The notes below the pieces were generated by a model that saw only the letters and a program-made list of their open reading frames with translations, was not told the origin of the DNA and made no database searches. The translations under genes were made by a program, and so were the position numbers. From Chloroflexota bacterium (lineage in GTDB: Bacteria > Chloroflexota > Dehalococcoidia > Lucifugimonadales > UBA3495), in assembly GCA_027624135.1 (NCBI GenBank), contig JAQBXL010000002.1:1-62545 (forward strand): a stretch of 62,545 bases of DNA, written 5' to 3'. This document shows positions 8,488 through 15,285 of this stretch, in pieces. Position 1 is the stretch's first letter. Every line of letters begins with the position of its first letter.

Positions 8488-9327
8488 ATGGCCAACCAAA
8501 TTACGGTAGGCAACGTTGAAATCAAATTCGTCTTGGATATGCTCCCGCCGCCCCGGGACCCAACGATGATGTTTCCCACCACTGATACCCATGACTGGGA
8601 GCCGTATCAAGACGCCTTAGAAGATTGCCAATTGCAGCTTTACTACGGCCATTTCTACCTGCGGACGCAGGGCAAGACCATCATGGTCGACACCGGTATG
8701 GGCCCTGGACCGCACCCGTCTCGTGACAACCGAACGGGCGACATGCTGAATCAACTGAAGATCTCCGGGGTCAATCCCGAAGACGTGGACCTAGTTCTGA
8801 TCACCCATATGCATATCGACCACGTCGGCTGGAACGTTGATTACACCAGTGGGCAGCCCAAACCCTATTTCCCCAACGCCCGGTACATGGCCCCCAGTTT
8901 GGACTGGGACCATTTCCTAAAGCCCGAGTTTGCGGCCAACGCTCCCTGGGTGGCCCATAGCGTGATACCGCTGCAAGAGATGGGCCTGCTTGACCTGTTG
9001 GATGACGGCCAAGTGATCACAGATGAGATCACGGCCATCTCCACGCCCGGCCACACGCCTGGTCACATGGTCTTCGACATCACCTCCCAGGGCAAGAAGG
9101 CCATGGTGGTCGGTGACTTGTTGCACAGCAAAGTCCAGATCGAACGGCCCGAATGGACTGCCGGGGTCGATACCGACAAAGATGCCAGCCAACGCAACCG
9201 TAAGATGATCTTGGACCGGGCCGAGTCAGAAGACATCGTGGTTGCCGCGGGCCACTTCCATCCCGACGACCACATCGGCAAGGTGGTCATGCAGGAAGGC
9301 AAGAGGTACTGGCAGGTGATCAAGTAG
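8488..9327 (+). CDS. MBL-fold metallo-hydrolase (lactonase-like)
   Basis: 279 aa. HxHxDH motif THMHIDHVG, downstream TPGHTPGH and a distal His. RBS AAGGAG. Confidence 0.85.
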   Translation: MANQITVGNVEIKFVLDMLPPPRDPTMMFPTTDTHDWEPYQDALEDCQLQLYYGHFYLRTQGKTIMVDTGMGPGPHPSRDNRTGDMLNQLKISGVNPEDVDLVLITHMHIDHVGWNVDYTSGQPKPYFPNARYMAPSLDWDHFLKPEFAANAPWVAHSVIPLQEMGLLDLLDDGQVITDEITAISTPGHTPGHMVFDITSQGKKAMVVGDLLHSKVQIERPEWTAGVDTDKDASQRNRKMILDRAESEDIVVAAGHFHPDDHIGKVVMQEGKRYWQVIK

Positions 9328-9361
9328 CTTTCAGCCGTCAACGCATAAACCTGGAGACATT

Positions 9362-10306
9362 TTGAGTCCGGAAGACATTCCCCAAAACAATCTGGAAGAA
9401 AACCGAAAAGACCTGGACCAAGCCGCCATCGACTTCCGTCAGCGCTACTACGGTCCAGATAACAACCCGGTGCCGCCCCCGGCCATGGCCGAATTGGCGC
9501 CTGAAGTGATGCGCCTGGTGGATTCGGTGATCTATGGCGAGATATACAACCGCCCCGCTGTAGATCTGAAGACACGCAGTCTCTGCACCATCGCAGCGCT
9601 CGTGGTGTTGGGCCATAGTCCTCAGATGATCAAACGCCATATCTCTGGCGCATTGCACATCGGAGTCACCCGTGAAGAGATATCGGAGATCATCGCCCAG
9701 ATGGTCTTCTATGGTGGCATGCCGGCGGCGGTGAACGCCTTCCGCATGGCCAAGGAAGCCTTCGACGAGTCGCCCGACGGCCAGCCAGGGACCGCGAAAC
9801 CACGTTCAACGGTTCACTATAAAGAGGAACCTGAGGACTCGGTCTACGGCGTCGCTCCGCCACCAGAACCGGCGGAGGAGTCGCCAGAGGAGGAGTCGCC
9901 AGCGGAGGCATCACCAGAGAAGGCATCAAGAGAAAATACTTCTGAATCTGAGTCCCGCATTAGGGCGCCGGAGCAGCCTCCGATGAAGGCCCAGCGGCCT
10001 CCGGGTCCAGCGGAAAGACCTCCATCTGATAGAAGTAGGAGAGAACGCGATGAAGTTAGGTTTCATCGGGACCGGCAACATGGGGAATCCAATGGCCGCC
10101 AATCTGATCAAAGCAGGCCATCAGCTAACCGTTCACGACCTTCGGCGGGAGGCGGCAACAAATCTTCTGGAGATGGGCGCAAATTGGGTGGACAGCCCAA
10201 AGGAGGCCGTCCAGGGAAACGAAGTGGTGTTCACGTCCCTTCCGGTGCCCCGGGACGTGGAGGCAGTGGTCCTGGGCGAAAACGGAATCCTGGAAGGGGC
10301 AAGTAA
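9362..10306 (+). CDS. Carboxymuconolactone decarboxylase (CMD/AhpD-fold) family protein with a long low-complexity C-terminal tail
   Basis: The N-terminal roughly 140 aa fit the CMD family (GEIYNRPAVDLKTRSLCTIAALVVLG...EISEIIAQMVFYGG). TTG start with GGAG 5 nt upstream. There is no stop until 10306, so the tail overlaps the next gene by 257 nt. Confidence 0.7.
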   Translation: MSPEDIPQNNLEENRKDLDQAAIDFRQRYYGPDNNPVPPPAMAELAPEVMRLVDSVIYGEIYNRPAVDLKTRSLCTIAALVVLGHSPQMIKRHISGALHIGVTREEISEIIAQMVFYGGMPAAVNAFRMAKEAFDESPDGQPGTAKPRSTVHYKEEPEDSVYGVAPPPEPAEESPEEESPAEASPEKASRENTSESESRIRAPEQPPMKAQRPPGPAERPPSDRSRRERDEVRFHRDRQHGESNGRQSDQSRPSANRSRPSAGGGNKSSGDGRKLGGQPKGGRPGKRSGVHVPSGAPGRGGSGPGRKRNPGRGK

Positions 10307-10943
10307 CGGCGCGGTCTTCTTCGATCTTTCCACCAACTCTCCAACCATGATCCGTCGGCTCCACGAGACCTGCGCTGCCAAGGGAGTCACACTTTTGGAT
10401 TCCCCGGTAAGCGGCGGGACCTACGGAGCAGCAGCAGGAACACTTGCGGTGATGGTCGGTGGCGACAAAGCTACGTTTGACCGATATAAGCCGATACTGG
10501 GGGCGATCGGCACGCACGTCGTCTACTGCGGCGATATCGGCAATGGCTCAGTTTGCAAGATCTGCAACAACCTGATGAGCATGGGCACCGGAGTCCTTTT
10601 GGCCGAGGCGTTGACCCTGGGCGTAAAGGCCGGGGTAGACCTGGGGATACTGGCCGACGTCATCAACAATAGCACCGGTGGGTCCAAGCGCCTGGCCGAC
10701 AAATTCCCCCGGTTCCTTTTTAAGGGCAATTTCGAGCCCGGTTTCGCCACCGCCCTCGCTGCCAAGGATGTACGTTTAGCAACCGACCTGGGCCGGGAAT
10801 ATGGGATACCGATGGAGCTTTCCAACCTGGTTGACCAGCGCCACGTGGAGGCACTGTTCCGAGGCTGGGGCGCAGAGGACTCCGACGCCGTAGCCAAGAT
10901 TCAAGAAGAGAAGTCCGGAATTCAGCTTCGCTTGCACGACTGA
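10050..10943 (+). CDS. NAD(P)-dependent 3-hydroxyisobutyrate / beta-hydroxyacid dehydrogenase family oxidoreductase
   Basis: 297 aa. MKLGFIGTGNMGNPMAANL Rossmann motif and HIBADH-like SPVSGG. Confidence 0.88.
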   Translation: MKLGFIGTGNMGNPMAANLIKAGHQLTVHDLRREAATNLLEMGANWVDSPKEAVQGNEVVFTSLPVPRDVEAVVLGENGILEGASNGAVFFDLSTNSPTMIRRLHETCAAKGVTLLDSPVSGGTYGAAAGTLAVMVGGDKATFDRYKPILGAIGTHVVYCGDIGNGSVCKICNNLMSMGTGVLLAEALTLGVKAGVDLGILADVINNSTGGSKRLADKFPRFLFKGNFEPGFATALAAKDVRLATDLGREYGIPMELSNLVDQRHVEALFRGWGAEDSDAVAKIQEEKSGIQLRLHD

Positions 10944-11005
10944 TCGGCAAACCCTTTTTCATTGAGTCCGGTTGTATCCAGTAAACCCTTAGATCGGAGG
11001 AAAGA

Positions 11006-12049
11006 ATGACTACTAATGAAATGGAACGGTCCAAGATTGTGGAATCCAGTGACACAGTCGAGGCCATCGAAGAGTGTTACAGGATGGGGTGGAGCGACGG
11101 TCTGCCGGTGGTGCCGCCTGTCGACTACAAGGTCAGAGAGATGCTGGAAATGTCCGGGTTCACCGGCGAAGAGGAGATAATCTCCTTGGAGATGCGGAAC
11201 CGGGTGTTGACGTCGGAGAATGTGGCGGCCAACGCTGTGATGGCGGGTTGCCTCCCCGAGTATTTCCCGGTCCTGATCACCACCCTAAAGACATTGGAAG
11301 AAGAGAAGAACTTCGTTCACATGGCTTCGGCCTCCACCAGTTCTCCGGCCATCTTGATGGTGCTGAATGGACCGATCCGGGACCAGATAAGCGCCAACTA
11401 TAAAGACGGTCTACTTGGGCCGGGCAACCGGGCCAACGCCAGCTTGGGTCGTGCTATCCGCCTCTGTTTCATCAATGGCTTCGACGCCCGGCCTGGCACG
11501 CTCGACCGGGGAACTCTAGGCAATCCCAGCAAATACACCCTGTGCTTCGCCGAGAACGAGGAAGACTCCCCCTGGGAGCCGATGCACGTCGCACGGGGAT
11601 TCAAAAAGGAAGACAGCACCGTTACTGTTGCGGTCGCCTACAACCCAATCACCGTCAACAACTCCTACGGCCACACCGGTGAGTCAATCCTGGCAGCCAT
11701 CGCCGACACCCTCAAATCGGCCGCCATGTCCTTTCGGTTCCCGTCCCAGTGGGTGCTGGTCATCGGCCCGGAACATGCGATCACATTGAACGACGACGGG
11801 TGGACCAGAAAGGGGATCCAGGAATACATGATGGAGAACGCGGCCCGGCCCCAGAGTGAACTCATCCGATTGGGAATCGCCCAAGGACCGGAACGCCAAG
11901 GCGACGACAAGATCATCCGCCGCTGTGCCCAGGACCCTGAAGATATCCTAGTGCTCATGGGCGGCGGCACCGGCGGGCGAAACAGCGCCATCATCGACAC
12001 CACCCGGTTCAAGATCAGGACCACCAAGATCGGAGTCCCCAAGGAATAA
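11006..12049 (+). CDS. Conserved protein of unknown function (GWSDGLPVVPP motif)
   Basis: 347-aa ORF with RBS GGAGG and coding-like composition. I recognise no catalytic motif. Lies 136 nt upstream of the UGSC selenoprotein gene. Confidence 0.75.
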   Translation: MTTNEMERSKIVESSDTVEAIEECYRMGWSDGLPVVPPVDYKVREMLEMSGFTGEEEIISLEMRNRVLTSENVAANAVMAGCLPEYFPVLITTLKTLEEEKNFVHMASASTSSPAILMVLNGPIRDQISANYKDGLLGPGNRANASLGRAIRLCFINGFDARPGTLDRGTLGNPSKYTLCFAENEEDSPWEPMHVARGFKKEDSTVTVAVAYNPITVNNSYGHTGESILAAIADTLKSAAMSFRFPSQWVLVIGPEHAITLNDDGWTRKGIQEYMMENAARPQSELIRLGIAQGPERQGDDKIIRRCAQDPEDILVLMGGGTGGRNSAIIDTTRFKIRTTKIGVPKE

Positions 12050-12185
12050 CCGCCATCATTATTGGCAGGCAAGAAGACCGCCAGAGCCTTGCTTAATGCA
12101 GGCTCCAGTGTATGATTAGGGGAATCCAATCTTCTGGCTATCCAAACCGCCTGGAGCGGAGATAATCGTAAGTCTGGGAGGAATC

Positions 12186-12755
12186 ATGGCTGAGACCGTA
12201 ACAGTAAGAAACATGAGACTCGTTAACCCCACCGGAACGTCGTTGTCCTCGGGTGATTTCCAATTGAACGACCGTCCTAACTCCCTTTCGGGGATGACCT
12301 TGGGCCTGCTGGAGAATTCCAAGGCCAACTCGGATAAGGTTCTTTACGAACTGGGCCAGATGTTGAAAGAGAAGTACGACCTGAAAGACATCGTCTACTT
12401 CAACAAGCATTCAGCGTCCTTGCCCACCAAGCCCGAAGTGGTACAGGACATGGTGAACAAGATTGACGTCTTGATTACCGGGATCGGTGATTGAGGCTCT
12501 TGCAGTTCGTGCAGTGTGCACGACGGGATCGAGATGGAGCGCCTAGGTTTGCCGACCGCTTCGATTATCACCCATGTATTCAACAACACGGCCAAGGCCA
12601 TGACGCGCATGATGGGCGTGCCTGACTTCGAGTACATCGTCGCTGAGCACCCTCTATCTAGTTTGACCGACGAGCAGTGCCGGGAACGGGCTGAGACTCT
12701 CCTGCCCGACGTTGAGCGAATCCTCCTTGGGAGCGCAGTCGCCAACACCATCTAG
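12186..12755 (+). CDS. UGSC-family selenoprotein (Sec at codon 103; UxxCxxC motif)
   Basis: ORF-track fragments 12186..12494 and 12516..12755 share a frame and are joined by TGA 12492-12494. The read-through gives ...VLITGIGD-U-GSCSSCSVHDGIEMERLGLP.... RBS GGGAGG sits only before 12186. A SECIS-like hairpin follows the TGA, and the terminator comes after 12755. Confidence 0.8.
12507..12523 (+). promoter_or_regulatory. Candidate bacterial SECIS hairpin for the UGSC gene
   Basis: UCGUGCA-GUG-UGCACGA (7 bp, or 6 bp with loop AGUGU). Begins 12 nt after the UGA, with G/U in the apical loop. Confidence 0.6.
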
Positions 12756-12781
12756 GAGCGCAAACCCTACTGAGCAGCTAA

Positions 12782-12820
12782 CGGGATGCCCCGATGTAAT
12801 CAGGGCATCCCGTGTTTCGT
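12782..12820 (+). terminator. Intrinsic terminator after the UGSC gene
   Basis: Perfect 10-bp stem CGGGATGCCC/GGGCATCCCG with an 11-nt loop, followed by TGTTTCGT. Confidence 0.55.
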
Positions 12821-13023
12821 ATCTGGGACCTTCGGCTCAGGAGTCGAAGTCATGTATCGAGGGCCAGGTTTTTGGTTGAATCACCCCTGGCCCTGTGGTA
12901 CGATTCCGCGTGGATTGTTACCAATTTCACGAACTATTATTCCTTATTGTTTCGGATCGTTTCGTTGAAATTCTCCACCCCTAAATTCCCCATCCCAAGC
13001 CCGATATTTCAGGAGCCCAACTC

Positions 13024-13503
13024 ATGAGTGGGCTAGAACAGCGGATCCACGCAGCAGTCCATGGTCAGGCCCAACCGACCGTCACCGTATTGTCGTCCCT
13101 GCTCGCCGTCGAAGATGAGTTGGGGTACCTCCCTAAAGAGGCAGTCGAGTTCGTCGCAAACTTCTCTGACACTACGGTCAACGACGTTTGGGCGGTGGCC
13201 TCGTTCTATCCCAACTTCCGGTTCGTTCCCCCTACCGAACACGTCGTGGAAGTCTGCTGGGGCGCTTCCTGCCACGTCGTCGGGGCCATGGCAGCGTTCA
13301 GATCCGTTCTGGAAGCCGCCGGTATGGAAGCGGAGGGCGACCGGCCTGATAACCGGGTCGCCGTGAAGCTCAACACCTGTCTTGGGGCCTGCTCCCAAGC
13401 TCCTGTGATGTCGATGGATCACCACTTGGCTGGAAGAATCACCCCCGAATCAGCCGCAAAGAACGTCGCCCGCCTTCTCGAGCAGGACGGCCATGGCGCC
13501 TAG
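13024..13503 (+). CDS. NuoE-like [2Fe-2S] thioredoxin-fold subunit (FdsG/HoxE-like)
   Basis: 159 aa. VCWGASC...C..GACSQAP cysteine pattern. RBS AGGAG. Confidence 0.85.
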   Translation: MSGLEQRIHAAVHGQAQPTVTVLSSLLAVEDELGYLPKEAVEFVANFSDTTVNDVWAVASFYPNFRFVPPTEHVVEVCWGASCHVVGAMAAFRSVLEAAGMEAEGDRPDNRVAVKLNTCLGACSQAPVMSMDHHLAGRITPESAAKNVARLLEQDGHGA

Positions 13504-15220
13504 TTTCTTAGAGATTGGGATAGAGGCTGATCGCCGTTGGCAAGGACTTATCGCCGGTGAGCGTCCTTGGATCCGGATCGGAACCGCCCTCTGCGGTGAA
13601 GCCGCTGGGGCTTTTGAAGTGGCCGCTGCCACCGAATCAGCACTGGAGAGTCAGGGTGTCGCCGCGGAGGTAAGCCGCGTCGGCTGTCTGGGTCTTTGTT
13701 TTGCCGAGCCGCTCCTGGACGTGCAACTTCCTGGGGGGCACCGCATCTTCTATAGCAATGTAGACGCCGAGAAAGTTGGCGAGATAGTTTCCTCCCATGT
13801 TGCCGGTGGCACTCCCGTTAAATCTTTGGCCCTTGGGTACTTGCCTCAAGAAGGCAGCGACGAACCGCTTCCCGAAGGCATCCCCGACCTGAACCAACAC
13901 CCGATGCGGGTTTGGGAGAATCGAATCGCCCTCAGGAACGCCGGTAACATCGACCCGTTGGACATCTATCAATACGTGGCCAACGGCGGTTATCAGGCAC
14001 TGCACAAGACACTGACCAACCTGAGCCGGGCAGAGACCCTTGAAGAAGTAAAAGCGTCGGGACTCAGGGGCCGGGGCGGCGCTGCCTTCCCCACCGCCAC
14101 TAAGTGGAGTTTCTTGGCTGGGAATCCGGCGCCGGAGAAATACGTCCTCTGCAACTGCGAAGAGGGCGACCCGGGGGCGTTCAACGACAAAAACATCCTT
14201 GAGAGCGATCCAAACACCCTGCTGGAAGGGGTCATCATTGCCGGGTATGCCACCGGCGCCAGCAAGGGATACATCTTCATCCGCCACGGCCACGACGGAC
14301 CCATCGAGCGCTGCCGGGCCGCCGTTCGCCAAGCTAAGGAATTGGGCTTGCTGGGCGAGAACATCATGGGCTCGGACTTCAGCTACGATGTTGAAGTCGC
14401 TCTGACCGGCGATTCCTACGTGGCCGGCGAAGAAACGGCGCTTATGGAGGCAATCGAAGGCAAAAGAGCCATGCCCCGCTTCCGCCCTCCATTTCCCGCG
14501 CAAGTGGGCCTCTTCGGCAAACCAACCAACATCAACAACGTCAAAACACTGGCTTACGTCCCAGAGATCGTCTCCAAGGGAGGTAAGTGGTTCGCCGACA
14601 TCGGCCATGACACCAGCACCGGCACGGCCATCCTCTGCCTCTCTGGCTCCTTGAATTACACCGGAATGGTGGAAGTTCCCTTGGGCATCAATCTGAAAGA
14701 CGTGATCTTTGAGGCCGCCGGGGGGATGCGGAATGGCAAGGCCCTGAAGCTGCTCCAGACAGGCGGTCCGCTGGGAGGCGTGCTGGGCGCAGACAGCGTG
14801 GACATATTGCTGGACTTCGAAGTGCTGAGAGCCGCCGGGGCCATCATGGGCTCAGGAGGTATCATTGCTGCAGACGAGACTGCCTGTGTGGTGGACCTGA
14901 CCCGGTCGCTGATCGCCTTCTGCCAATACGAATCCTGCGGGAAATGCTTCCCCTGCCGTATGGGCATGAGCCATCTTCTGGAGGTTCTGGAGCGGATCTG
15001 CCGCCTGGAAGGCACCGATGAAGACCTAAGCCTGATGCGAACCATTGGCGAAAACATGCAGGCCGGTTCCCTCTGCGGTCACGGACAGTTGGGCTTCAAC
15101 CCTGTGTCCTCGGCACTGCGCTACTTCGGGTCCGAATTTGAAACGCACATCGTGGACCGGACGTGCCCCACCGGGACCTGCTCCCTGCCACGATACTCCC
15201 CTGTGGCCTCGCGCCGCTAA
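13493..15220 (+). CDS. NuoF-like NAD(H)/FMN-binding [4Fe-4S] subunit with an N-terminal thioredoxin-like domain (FdsB-like)
   Basis: 575 aa. GLRGRGGAAFPTATKW, CNCEEGDPGAF and ESCGKCFPCRMG motifs. The start overlaps the preceding gene by 11 nt. Confidence 0.88.
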   Translation: MAPSFLEIGIEADRRWQGLIAGERPWIRIGTALCGEAAGAFEVAAATESALESQGVAAEVSRVGCLGLCFAEPLLDVQLPGGHRIFYSNVDAEKVGEIVSSHVAGGTPVKSLALGYLPQEGSDEPLPEGIPDLNQHPMRVWENRIALRNAGNIDPLDIYQYVANGGYQALHKTLTNLSRAETLEEVKASGLRGRGGAAFPTATKWSFLAGNPAPEKYVLCNCEEGDPGAFNDKNILESDPNTLLEGVIIAGYATGASKGYIFIRHGHDGPIERCRAAVRQAKELGLLGENIMGSDFSYDVEVALTGDSYVAGEETALMEAIEGKRAMPRFRPPFPAQVGLFGKPTNINNVKTLAYVPEIVSKGGKWFADIGHDTSTGTAILCLSGSLNYTGMVEVPLGINLKDVIFEAAGGMRNGKALKLLQTGGPLGGVLGADSVDILLDFEVLRAAGAIMGSGGIIAADETACVVDLTRSLIAFCQYESCGKCFPCRMGMSHLLEVLERICRLEGTDEDLSLMRTIGENMQAGSLCGHGQLGFNPVSSALRYFGSEFETHIVDRTCPTGTCSLPRYSPVASRR

Positions 15221-15285
15221 CCCAATCCGACTAATGACCGGTCTGGCTGTTGAAAGCTGGTCCGGCGAGAGATAGAGGCTGATAA

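Noticed and set aside
9362-10306. CMD/AhpD-fold protein considered as an AhpD-like selenoprotein.
   Set aside because: No CxxC or UxxC motif and no internal TGA. It looks like the decarboxylase-type CMD branch.
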